Shown here one piece after another: positions 33,102 to 45,261 of a stretch of 51,517 nt of DNA (the first letter of the stretch is position 1; every line of letters starts with the position of its first letter). This DNA comes from Chara braunii (taxonomy: Eukaryota > Plantae > Charophyceae). The DNA is taken from NCBI GenBank assembly GCA_003427395.1, contig BFEA01000024.1, forward strand, positions 3,698,802-3,750,318, given 5' to 3'. Position numbers and translations under genes: made by a program. The notes beneath the pieces were generated by a model. That model saw only the letters and a list, made by a program, of their open reading frames with translations, ran no database searches and was not told where the DNA came from.

Positions 33102-33829
33102 AATGGGCTGCAAAAGCACCTCTCTCTTCCTCCTATATCACCTCTAGACGATACGATAGTCAACAAAAGACAAAATTTGTGTTTTTTACTAGCAGAAGGG
33201 TACGCAAAGTTGGCATTATCCAAACCAGGTATTTTGATCCTGCCAGTCAGACAAAGAAAAGGAGAATGGGAGGTTGGCCTTTCTGAACCAGTTGGATCTG
33301 TTCATATAGAAGTGACTGTACATGGAACACCAGTTGGTTTCTTTCACCTTTGCTAGGAAAAATGACAGGGGAAGCTCGTTTCAAGGTTGAAATAGCTAAA
33401 GTTATTCAAACACATCTTCCACTTGGGGGAGTGGCGATGCTCATTCTCTCAGCAGACACTCACCAGGTGTCGGCAACAGATGTGTTCCCCGTTATGAGCA
33501 TACACGGACTGTTAATCTGCGCTGGTTCACTCCAAATACACTAGCTGATCTACAACAACTGAAGATCAAGGCAAGAGAATTTTGGTCTGAAATTGACGTT
33601 TTGACCTTACTTTCTCGCCTTTTGAAAAATGTGCATGTGTTACTAGAACAGAGAGGTAAGTTGGATTCGGGCCATTGGTTGACCCTGTGAATATTTTCAG
33701 AATTCTAATAATAAAGTAGTTAACAGATAGCAAAACATGTGATGATGGAAGGTATGAATATAGTGGATGCGCTCTATAATAGAAACAACTTCAAACAAGA
33801 CGTGAAAGCTTCTAAAGAGAGCAACAGAT

Positions 33830-34320
33830 GTAGACGTTCGGTCACTTCATGTGAATTGCCTGGCGTCTGCCAAACCAAAAAAACGACAGGCCATCTATGA
33901 ACAACTAAAAGGAGTGGAAGGTAGAGATTGCCCAAATGCTATCTGTATACAAGAAACACACTTGATGGACACCGCTGATCATCAACATACACACAAACAG
34001 ATATGGCCTCATCAAGCCTTTAGAGCACATGCCCCTAGACCAGGTAGTGTAGGGGTAGCTATTTGGATCCCTCCAAACTCAAGGATTGAACCCCTATACT
34101 GGAGGCAGACAAGGAGGAAGGGAGATGGGGTATTCCTATTAGCAATGCTGGACATAGAGGTGGTAACTATCTTATGCGTGTATGGTCCAAATGAGGTAGG
34201 GGAAAAAAGAAGGTTCTTTGAATCTTTAAAGAGTCATCTCGCGATAGGAATCCCGGTTGTAATGGCAGGGGATTTCAATGCAGCCCCCAATAGACAGACA
34301 TCTGGACCGCTGACGAATCC
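33830..34320 (+). pseudogene. L1-c APE endonuclease fragment
   Basis: SLHVNCL, CIQETHL, GVAI, CVYGPN, RRFFESL, MAGDFN; cut off by LTR sequence. Confidence 0.85.
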
Positions 34321-34335
34321 CTTCCCCCGGTCTTC

Positions 34336-35144
34336 AGGTGGCTTTTGTGTTGTAGGTCTAGGAAAGTCCGGTAGAAGTACGTAGAGGCCGAGGAGTTTGG
34401 GGTTCTTTTGGTTCTTTTCGTTGTTGTTTTTTTCATGGTCTTGGTGGAGGTCGCATTGCTTCCCTGTTGCGCTATTGTGGGCATGTATGCAGGGCATCTT
34501 ATCCACACGCCGCTGGCGGCCATAGCTGGGGCCGACCAGCTCCATTGGTAGCGCCCAAGTGCTGATGGGAGCTTCCTCATATTAGTGTGCTTGTTGGGGT
34601 TTGGTCAGCTGCCCCCGAAGCTGCACTTTCAGCGGTTCTTCTTCGACGTGGCAGATCTTCATCTTCATAGACTTGTTGTTCTTCTTCATCATCCTGGGAG
34701 CTGTGCTCCCCTGCTGAGTGGACACTTCATCTGCAGTGGGCTTTTTGAGTGGTGCAGAGAGGGGTGTTGGATTTAGGAGGGTGTGTAGCGATTGGCAGGC
34801 TGGATAGGTTGGGTGCTTGCAAGCACTATAGCTAGAGCTCGAGGAAGAGTGAGGAAGAAAAAGACTCCCGGATACTTCGATGAAATCTTGTAAATAATTG
34901 GTCCGAGGGTGTTGATAACGTGGTTTGGGTCCTTCAAATTGTGTTGTTGATTGACTTAAGGAGAGACGGTAATTAGAATTGATTTTCATTTCAATTCTAT
35001 TTTCGGTGTTTGTGTGCTTCCGCTGTGTATTCTTATCATCCAGTGTGGTGTGGATTGCTCCCTCCAAAGGTCACTTGTCATTGCACATGTGTACGGGAAC
35101 GTGTGGATACCATATTGGATCTCCTTTCAATCAGGCACATAACA
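34336..35144 (+). repeat. 5' LTR (5'-truncated) of a Ty3/gypsy element
   Basis: Aligns by eye along its length with 41346-42159; ends ...cataaca immediately before a PBS. Confidence 0.85.
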
Positions 35145-35146
35145 GT

Positions 35147-35159
35147 TGGTATCGGAGCC
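35147..35159 (+). promoter_or_regulatory. Primer-binding site (tRNA-iMet type)
   Basis: tggtatcggagcc, one mismatch to the canonical plant TGGTATCAGAGCC, 2 nt after the LTR-terminal CA. Confidence 0.85.
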
Positions 35160-36792
35160 ACGGCCGCATGCATCTAGTGGACTAATTGGTTGGCTATCAA
35201 CTATCTGGCCAGTGGTTGGCGGTTTGGGGCGGTGGCCCATATTCCTCAGTGTGGGCCTGCAGTGATAGTTGCTGATTGATTGGAGCGCATAGGCGAGAAA
35301 GAGAGTTAAAAAAAAAAAGGTGGGGCGGTCTCCCGGATTGAGCTGATCCTCAGCGGTAATTAATTAGGGCGTCAACCCTAATTAGCACCACCGGTTTTGC
35401 AACCCTACCTGGGAAAATATTAATTTGCAGAAGACAATTGAGCGGCGAATCACATGCGGGCTTGATTGGAAGTTGCAGCGAAGATTCAGTTTGGGCGCTG
35501 ACCGACAGTGAGTCAGCCTTGCCCCCTGTATTTCGGTCAACAGGTAGAAAGGTGGTAGTCTCCAATCAATACCTTGATCCAGCGAGTTCATTCCAACAAC
35601 CTGTTCCTCTGATGCAGAGGTCCGTAAGTCTGGTAGAACTGGTCTGTCATATCTCCTAGTCTGTAGTGTTCGTAGAGGTCCGTGCAAGTTTTTCAGTGTG
35701 GTCGTCGTCAGTAGGTTGTCAATGAGTTGACTTTTGATTTTTCTGCAATTGACCGTGGTCTTGAGCCTGCGCACAGACTGTGGTTACGGTCCCTGTTCTG
35801 TCAATCTGTCCTGTCCTGGTCTGTCGTGTCAGATCTGGTGTCAGTCCAGTTCAGTCCTGTTAGTCCTGAAAGGTCGGTCCGTCGTGTCAGAACAGTCCGG
35901 GCAGAGACTCTGTGTCCACAGTCTAATAAAGCCCTGTTAGTCAATCTGCTGGTCGACAGCCTCCAAACTGCGGTTTATTTTTTTCTGCGAATTGAAAGAT
36001 CATTCTCCTGCAGATTTATTTTGTTTCTGCGAGAAATCGGGTTTCTTTCCATGCTAATTAAGTGTTGGTGTTCTGGGGAAGATCCAGAAAGGATTTAATC
36101 AAAGATTATTTTTATTTTGATCGGTTTGTGGCGTGCAGTAAAAGGCAATCATTGTTTGATATTGCTGTTGATCGTTGCCTGCAGCCTCCCTGAATGCCTA
36201 TTGAAACTAAGCACTAATCTGCCATCTGCCCTAACCCTTCTCTAATAATGAGTAAACGATACATATTAATTCTGATTAGTTTGTTGTTCTGTGTATGAAA
36301 ACTAATCTGAATTTCTTGTCGTTTATTTTCTGTGAAAAGATATTCACTGGTGAAGGTTGAGTCCGTATGCGGTTGGGTGTCAGTAACTGGTTTCAGTCCC
36401 TGCACCTGCTGAAATCCGTCCTTCTCAGTCTTGGGAATGAGGACTGAACTCGCGAACGGAAATTGGCAGCTCAGTCAAGAGTGCCCTTGGATATGCGGTC
36501 CTCTGGGTCAGTCTTGTCGATCAATGCCAGTCCTATGAGTTAGTCAGAGAACGGTCTGTGTGAGTCCGTTAATCTGTTTGAGTTTCAAATCAATACTCTA
36601 TTCCATATTGGGCAGGATACTATCAACCTTTGAAGTTTGACCACTGCTACGTTTATTTTATTTGATCGAAAAGAACCGTAAGGAGTGGGGCATACTTCAA
36701 TCAATCAGGGGACGGGCCCCAAATGTTTGATTGAACAGGGAGTTGAGGAGGTGAGGAGCGCTGCAAAGGCAACTGGTTCAGAGATGGAGTGA

Positions 36793-38240
36793 TTGAAAAA
36801 GGAGGTGGCAGAAAAAGCCAGAAACGGTGAGAAACCTGCAATCAAACAGCAAGGGGCACACCTCCTGGGAAAACAGGATGAGGGCAAATTGTCCAGCATT
36901 GAAGCCAAACTGTCCTTCCTTGTTGATTCGTTTGACAGATTTTCTGCAGAGATCTGTTTGCATTTTCCTCCTCCTCCTATTTTCCCACCTACTCCTACTC
37001 CTACAGCTCAAGTTACACTTGCATGGTCCTCTGCTGCTGCATCGTCCCAAGCCAGTAGCCCCAAGAGCAAACCAGCTGCACCTTCAAAGGTGCAGCCTCT
37101 GCAGCTTGTGGCCGGGCACCCTCTTACTCCTGGTGCAGAAGTGACTGCAAGCTCAAGCCGACAAAAATTGAGGCACCCAAGACAGTACAACCTGACATGT
37201 TCACCGGGGATAGCCCCAAAGTGGATGTAGCAGATTGGGCTACCTCGATGAGATGGTACCTCGAGGAACTCACTTGGCCAAAGGTTACCAAGGTGCAGTC
37301 CACTGTGGCCCGCTTGGGAGGGCCTGCACTTCAGTGGGCTACTTCAGAGGCCAATAAGGCCCGAAAACAGCTGGCCAATTGGGTTGTTACAACATTGGAC
37401 CAGATATTTAAGGGTCTCGAGGAGAGGTTCGCCGATCAAGAGAGAGCCAAGCAAGCTGCTGCAGAGCTTGCGAGGATTGGCCAGTCACAATAGCAGGGAC
37501 CGTCTCCAAGCTCTACGCAGTTTGGGAAAGACTAACCTCTACCCCTGGGTTATCGATGTCGGACCAGGACGAATTGCAGTTGTTTATCCAGGCTACCTCC
37601 GTAACCTATGTAGAGACCCTATTTACTGCAGGTCACAAGGACTGGAGAACCTTTGGCAGAGCAGCCTTGGATCTGAAGACCAAACTCCAAATTCGGATTT
37701 GACCAGAGAGGATTGACTCCCTCAGGTGGTCAAGGTGCAGGAGGCTTCCCAGACCAGGCTTTTCTGACTTTGGCTCAAAAACTGTTGAGCACCATCAAGG
37801 GCGCCAATCAGATTCAGAGACAAAGCTCCCCCTCTCCTAAGGGGCCTGGCAAACGGCCCTGTAGGCCGCAAAAACATTATCTGCCTAATTTTGTCAAATG
37901 TCCAGCTAACCCTACGGATCCTTCCACCCTCCCATGGAGAGACTTGCGCATCCCAGATGAGCTATGATAAAAGAGGAAGGATGCTGGTGTCTGCCTCAGA
38001 TGTGCAGGGCATCACTTCGTCAATTACTGCCTGTCCCGAGGCCACCACCACTCTGGAACCTGAAGCAATCAGCAGTGGACCTTGTTGACTTAGTCCCTTG
38101 TCGATGAAAGCAGGGTCAAATTCCAATACATTTTGTTTGTTGATTGTGCTTGTGTGATCAACCACATTGGGCCTGATCCTCTCGTCGAAGAGTTGTCCAT
38201 AGTGACACGTCGAACGGCTAGCCAGATTTGCCTTTAACAT
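36793..38240 (+). pseudogene. Ty3/gypsy gag (capsid + zinc knuckle) with possible protease remnant, decayed
   Basis: FTGDSPKVDVADW...RLGGPALQWA...LEERFAD; knuckle CLRCAGHHFVNYC at 37992-38030; LFVDCACVINHI at the protease position. No RT, RNase H or integrase seen downstream. Confidence 0.8.
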
Positions 38241-39279
38241 TACTGTGTAAGCGCCCCAGATAAGGCATCCGCCCCAGATAAACTACCCACCATGCAAGGT
38301 TCTACCAAACCAATTGTTTTGGCAGTTAGCCACCCTTAGATGAAATAGTGGTATTTCAAGCTTGGTAGTCACTGATGACCACCTCCTTAGCTGAACTTTG
38401 ACTTGCCTGTACATCACTTGTGCTTGAGGAAGAATTTGATAAGTTCCGGGCGAATTTATTTCTCAAACACCGCTGATAGACAGACTTGATTGGACTGAAT
38501 TTATGTTCTTCTGAAGATGAATCAGCCCCAAGCTTGTTTGTAGTCTGACAAGAATTTCGTTGTGGGTTCATATTGAATCCTTTGTCTGACTACCCCTTTG
38601 TGCATGCTTGGAGTTGCACTCATTATCTAAGCACGTTTTGTGAACTGACAATGATCTGCACTCACTGTTTGGATGACCAGTGTTAAGAGAAAGTATGATC
38701 AGTGCAGATCCTACTTAATATTCTCACACACAGTCCCGATTGATTGCTCTCATAGGTAAAAGTCAGATATCCTTTGTACTTCTTGATGGTTACATACTTG
38801 TATTGCTAATGTTATGAACCTTACCTGGAGAGTTGTCGACTCCTGTATTCCACTGGGCTTCCAGCGACTAAACCCTACTTTGATAGACCTACCCTACACA
38901 TGATCCTATTGTCTGAAGCGTTATTACTGAATATGATAGGCTTAGTCCCATATATAGATCGTGTCAGATCCTACCCTATTCAAGGGAAGAATTTGCGTAT
39001 CACGCTTCCAGATGCACAAATCAGCAGTTGAGGAGTCTTACTGATACCCAATCCAGCCAGAGATTAACCAGATTTCAGCCAAGTTTATTACCAGGCTCAT
39101 ACACTTGCATTCAACTAGTTAACTCTTGTTGTTAATCTGCGCACCAATAATATGATTTTCAGGATTTTGCTTGCTATCTATGAGCTCAGGATTTTGCTTG
39201 CTATCTATGAGCTGATTACAAAGTTGATACCCTCGCACTCAGTTAGCCAACACTTCTCTATACTATTAATGCATGCAAA

Positions 39280-40225
39280 GGGCCCAATGTGGGCCCTAGC
39301 AGAAACCGGGTCAGCACCACACGGGCCGAGCGGGACACTTGAGGGCCGAGGGAGGGTCAGGCCCGGCACCGGGAAGTGAATCGCGTTGTTTGTTGGCGGC
39401 CGATGAAGCACAACATCGCGGGGCGGCGTAGGACAGGCCGAGTCCGTGGGGGGAGACCCGACCCGGTCAGACGGGCCGACGCGGGGTCGACCGTCACGTG
39501 CAGTCAGGGAAAATTGAGACGGGCGGGGCCCTAAGTTGAGACGGGCGGGGCCCTAAGTGGGGCTGAAGCGACGTGGCGGGCAGGGTGAAGCGGGAAGTGG
39601 CATGGCATGAACTGACTAGCGGCGAGGCGACGGGTGGGGCAGCGTACTTTTGTGCGGGGNNNNNNNNNNNNNNNNNNNNNNNNNNNNNNNNNNNNNNNNN
39701 NNNNNNNNNNNNNNNNNNNNNNNNNNNNNNNNNNNNNNNNNNNNNNNNNNNNNNNNNNNNNNNNNNNNNNNNNNNNNNNNNNNNNNNNNNNNNNNNNNNN
39801 NNNNNNNNNNNNNNNNNNNNNNNNNNNNNNNNNNNNNNNNNNNNNNNNNNNNNNNNNNNNNNNNNNNNNNNNNNNNNNNNNNNNNNNNNNNNNNNNNNNN
39901 NNNNNNNNNNNNNNNNNNNNNNNNNNNNNNNNNNNNNNNNNNNNNNNNNNNNNNNNNNNNNNNNNNNNNNNNNNNNNNNNNNNNNNNNNNNNNNNNNNNN
40001 NNNNNNNNNNNNNNNNNNNNNNNNNNNNNNNNNNNNNNNNNNNNNNNNNNNNNNNNNNNNNNNNNNNNNNNNNNNNNNNNNNNNNNNNNNNNNNNNNNNN
40101 NNNNNNNNNNNNNNNNNNNNNNNNNNNNNNNNNNNNNNNNNNNNNNNNNNNNNNNNNNNNNNNNNNNNNNNNNNNNNNNNNNNNNNNNNNNNNNNNNNNN
40201 NNNNNNNNNNNNNNNNNNNNNNNNN

Positions 40226-40273
<48 letters not shown>

Positions 40274-40560
40274 TTCCATCGATAGGAATCATATGATGGG
40301 CAAAATCTAACAAATTTACCACTAGAACATGGAAATATACACTAGCAAAATCGAATGAATCTACCGTTAGAACATGGAAATATACACTTTGTTTTTTTTC
40401 GCTTTTTTTTTTTCCTGTGTGTGTGTGTGCGAAAACTTAGCAACTGACGGGGCATTTTGCTAAGTTGGGCAGCGTCCGGTCGGGGTACATTGCAAAGATG
40501 GGATCCAACTGATGGCTGGGGTGTTTCGCAAAATGTTTTGTCATCGTCCTTCGCCGCAGC
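39280..40560. mobile_element. Probable DNA-transposon-like insertion inside the LTR element (spans a gap)
   Basis: Abrupt GC-rich gggcc/ggccc block, 22-bp tandem ttgagacgggcggggccctaag x2, (GA)n, and Mutator-like gggcattttgc / ggggtacattgca motifs on the right. TIR and TSD not resolved. Confidence 0.4.
39660..40225. other. Assembly gap (N)
   Basis: N run. Confidence 1.
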
Positions 40561-41345
40561 GCTTGTACTGATAATCTAACCAACAACCAGCAGATTTTCA
40601 AAACCTGATTGATTGTCTAAAAGTTGATTACCTGGCCAAAACCCTTGCATTCAACTAATCAATCTAATATGATAATCTCGCCCTAACCCTCTGAGATTCT
40701 CGGATCTTCGGATTCTCCACAACTAGGGAAGGTTAACGATCTTGCAGCGAGTACCCCTGGAACCATTTCGGTTGGTAGTTGGTACAGTAGCTCGTGGGTC
40801 CTCGCTCACCGGGAGGGTAAGAATGCAATAAGTCGCAGTATCCCAGTGGGACTGTACACTAACTGTGTTTGCTGTTTCCTTGGTTTGGGCCTTGCGGGAC
40901 TCAATCCCGTGACCTGTAATTTGTACGTTTAGCTCTGAGCCCTACTGGGCTTGATCCTTAGACCTGTAGCTGGTAGTCTCTATTTGGCAATCGTAGACCC
41001 TTAGGCTTTGCTGTTTTGTCGTTTTCTACAGTTGCTGAAGTAACCCGGGACTTGATCCCATGACCTGTAGTGTGTTTGTGGTGTTTGACTGTTTTTGAGG
41101 TTTGTTGGGCTTGAAGCCTTGAACCTTCAACCTGTCGCTGGTCCTCTCTGCGTCGTAGTCTTAGGCCTTTCAGCCTTGTTGTTTTGTCCTTTCCTGCCCT
41201 TCTGGAAACTGGTAGGGCCGTAGGTCTTTCTTTTGTGTGTCCTAGCCTGGGCTCCCCTTAGTCCAGGCTCCATCTAGATGCATGTAGGTAGATCTTGAGT
41301 GTTTGGCAGTAGATGTTTGCTGTTTGGACAGTCGGATAGGTCTGT

Positions 41346-42159
41346 AGGTGGCTGCTGTGTTATAGGTCCAGGGAAGTTTGGTAGAAGTAGGCAGAGGCCG
41401 ACGAGCTTGGGGGTCTTTTGGTTCTTCTCATTGCCTTTTTTTTCAGTCTTGGTCGAGGTCACGTTGCTTCCCTGCTGCGCTATTGTGGGCATGTATGCAG
41501 GGCATCTTCTCCACATGCCGCTGGCGGCCATAGCTGGGGCCGGCCAGCTTCATTGGTGACAAAGCTGGGCTCGGCGCCCAAGTGCTGATGAGCGCTTCCT
41601 CATATTTGTGTGCTTGTTGGGGTCTAGTCAGCTGCCACCGAAGCTGCACTTTCAGCGGTTGTTCTTCAGCGTGGCAGATCTTCATCTTCATCGAGTTGCT
41701 GTTCTTCTTCATCAGCCTGGAAGCTGCGCTCCACTGCTGAGTGGACACTTCATCTGCAGTGGGCAGCTTGAGTGGTGCAGCGAGGGGTGTTGGATTTAGG
41801 AGGGTGTGTGGCGATTGGCAGGCTTGATAGGTTGGGTGCTTGCAAGCACCATAACTAGAGCTCGAGGAAGAGGGAGGAAGAAGAAGACTCCCAGATACAT
41901 CGATCAAATCTTATAAATAATTGGTCCATGGGTGTTGATAACCTGGTTGGGATCCCTAAAAATTTGTGCTGTTGATCGACTTGGGGAGAGATGGTAATTA
42001 GAATTCATTTTCATTTCAACTCTATTTTCGGTGTTTCGATGCTTCCGCTGTGTATTCTTATCATCCAGTGTGGTGTGGATTCCTCCCTCCAAAGGTCACT
42101 TGTCATCGCACATGTGTATGGGAACGTGTGGATGCCATGTTGGATCTCGTTTCATAACA
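41346..42159 (+). repeat. 3' LTR (portion homologous to the 5' LTR; true start probably further left, possibly ~40733)
   Basis: Homologous to 34336-35144 and ends cataaca. Purine run agggaagg at ~40725 is a candidate PPT. Confidence 0.8.
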
Positions 42160-42172
42160 CCGTGGGTAGCAC

Positions 42173-42205
<33 letters not shown>

Positions 42206-43481
42206 CGCCTAAATCGACGGACTTGGACAGCGAAACCAAGCACGTTTAAGGACACTTCTTTGTGTGTTGTACGCAGACAAATGGGACTGAGCAGGGCAGT
42301 AGCCAGGCTTCTGAGGCCTCTGCTTTGACATGCACTGATATTCATAACCTAAGGAGAGCTAGCTATGAAGAATTTCGGGCCAATGGCATATTCAGCAGTC
42401 TCATGAAAGACATAAATCTATGGATTGCTGCCTATAAGAAGCTAGTGCCTAATCCAGGCACCCATACACATACACACCCAGAGACAAACATGCAAGGGAA
42501 CGGATTCTCTGCTTCTGAAGTGACATGATATAGATTACAATTCCTTCCTACCTTTCCCTCAAGTGGTTCTCTGTTGTGCATGCATACCACACCATGCACT
42601 AGGGCCAATTGCAGTGCTGCATCTAAGCAAAGCAAAATGCCTGAAAAGATTGGCAACATCTACAGCAACCCAAGCCTGTCAGTTCCACCATCTTCCGCCC
42701 TCAGCATAGAGCTGCAATTACTTAGAATCTGCCTAGCAGTGCGCTTACAATGTTGTCCGTTTTCTCGGGGAACGGTGAGGGAGGTGGGGAGCAGGGGGGC
42801 GACGAGGGGTAGATATAATACATGTGTATTTATGGTGCAGCAAGAAGCATATTACCACGTCCACCAACAGAAATAAAGAGGAGACTACCCGATGCCTTTG
42901 TTAAAGTTTGTTTCAGACCTGTTTCTGCTGCATTGACTCAAAGCTCTACCCAGACTCATAGACAAGACAGGAGTAAAAGACCTAACTCAACATCAAAGAA
43001 ATACACTGAAGAAAAAGAGTGTAAGCCCAACTGCAAAGGTATAGCCAACAGCCAAAAGTGGCAAGAGAATTGAAAAAATCAACCCGGGGACACAGGAATC
43101 TTGCAATTTGCCAACTGTGGACTGGACTACAGTGTTAAGGCATTTCTGAAGTTGAAAATGTGGGCAGCAAGTGGTTGTCCTTTTTCCCAACAAGAGAAGA
43201 TTCACCCAAAACTGAGAAGTGTATCAAAGCTATATTGGTTCCCACAACAACCAAGCTAGCCTTTTGCCGCATCCATTCTCCTGAGACAGTTTCACCTGTT
43301 GTGGACTGAGTTCCAGAACGGCCCCAACAGGTTGCGTTTCCACAGTCTAGTTAAGGCCCACCATGGATGATCAGCAGTCTGCAGAAACTTCTGTCCCCTT
43401 GCATCTCAGCTGACCAGAATTGAAGTGACGTAAATATCGGAAAGGGGATTCTGTAGCAGTATGCAGGTATGGAAGAACAAG

Positions 43482-43665
43482 CGTGTACTCTTTCCCCGGA
43501 CGTAGTTACGAGTGTGTACTCTTACCGCGGATGCAATTACCAGCATGTACTCTTACCCCGCACACAGCTACCGGTGTGCACTTTTACCTCAGACTCAGTT
43601 ACCAGTGTGTACTCTTGCCCCGGACGCAGTAACCGGTGTGTACTCACACCCCAGACGCAGTAACT
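43482..43665. repeat. 30-bp minisatellite (gtgtactcttaccccggacgcagttaccggt-like, ~6 units; 2 more at ~43968-44030)
   Basis: The 30-bp periodicity is visible directly. Confidence 0.9.
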
Positions 43666-43697
43666 AGAGCAACTCCTCTAAGACAGTTAAGAGGACA

Positions 43698-44300
43698 TGC
43701 TGCACACCGAGGGTCACACTGCCACAGAGATTTTGAAATGTGGCATTGGGAAGTTGTAGGAACACCTTCATTTCCAGAGCAGCACACCACCCACCAATCA
43801 AATGAGTTGACTTCATGTTGTTGATGAGCAGAAGTGGCCACATAACTTGTAGAAAATGAGTTGCTTTCCTTCCAGGAACCTCCCAGCTCATTTCGGATGC
43901 CAAGAAGTGCTCGTAGCAGTGGAAACAGCCTATTGTTGAGGTGTGTCGATCCAAACACACCACTGCCAGTGTGTACTCTTACCCCGGGTGCAGTTACCGG
44001 TGTGTACTGTCACCACAGACGCAGTTACTGGAGCAACTGCAGCGCTGCACACCGAGGGGCATTGCCACAGAGAGTTTGAAATGTGGCGTTGGGAAGTCAT
44101 AGGAACGCCTTCATTTCCAGAGCAGCACACCACCCACCAATCAAACGTGTTCACTTCATGTTGTTGATGAGAAGAAGCGGGCAGATAACTTGCAGAAAAT
44201 GACTTGCTTCTCTTCCAGGAACCTGCGAGCTCAGTTTCTGCTGCCAAGAAGTGCTCATCGCAGTGGAAATGGCCTGTTGTTGAGGTGTGTCGATCCAAAC
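43698..44300. repeat. ~255-bp direct duplication (43698-43957 / 44044-44301) separated by minisatellite units
   Basis: gctgcacaccgaggg ... tgttgaggtgtgtcgatccaaaca occurs twice, moderately diverged. Confidence 0.92.
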
Positions 44301-45261
44301 ATCAGCAGATGAACCCACAAGGTGCATAGTAGGTGGGGCATCCTTGCGAAGCTGCAGCCGCACATTGCAAACGACGCAAACAATTGTGCATGCATGGAAA
44401 ACTTATGGAAATGATTTGTAGATTGGATAAGAGTAGTGTTTCTGGGTTTGAGGGGCCTGGGGACTGACTCTTTCAGTAGCGCCTTTTTGTCGCAAAAGGG
44501 ATGTGGAAGGGAAGGAAGCTCGTAATAATTGGGATTCTGCAATTGAGAGTGTGTTACATGCTCAGTTGGGCGAGATGTACATAATAACCGAGGATCCGCA
44601 ATGTGATAAAAAGGACTGAATGGACAATGCAGTGCAAGGGAAATGTCAACAAGCAGTGTACATTCTGATACATACAAAAATGGTGCTTTATAGCGTAGGG
44701 AAGACTTAGATACAAGTCCTGACCTGACCGAGACTGACCTCTATCACGTAGTGCAAGATAGCGTAGCAGAATGCTAGAATATCAATGACTAGCCCAATCA
44801 GTGTTGCAACGCAGACTAAACATACATCATTCTCATCACAAGGTGTGAAGAGACCTGGCGCTATACACAGGAAGAAGGCGCCAGGCCCTGATCATGCACA
44901 GACGAAGAGGAAGGGAACAGACGAAGAAGAGGGGGAGAGATGGGAATGTCGTCAACACCAAGTCTTTGTCACAAGTCCCAAATAATCCCTCCTCAAAATG
45001 TCTGAAGCCCAAATGTCAAGTCTGGATCCAAATGTCACCAAGCTCTCTCTTTCTCTCATAGTCTGCTGATGCAGTGAAGTCAGGTAGCGAGAGGATGAGA
45101 GGGAGATGGTGGACTGAGAAGAGGAAGAACAACTCTCTCTCTCTCTCATATGCCAAGGTACTAACCTGTGAAGATGACGTTGTGCCGCGGGTACTAACCT
45201 GTGAAGATGGCGCTGTGCTACAGGATCGAGTGCTACAGTTAGTTGGCACTCGATCCTGTGG

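Noticed and set aside
34234-35185. ORFs repeated at 41274-42249 as a duplicated gene
   Set aside because: They lie within the two LTR copies, and frames are not conserved between copies.
45157-45200. Two TACTAAC branch-point motifs
   Set aside because: They arise from a 33-bp tandem duplication and lack a proper downstream polypyrimidine/AG context.
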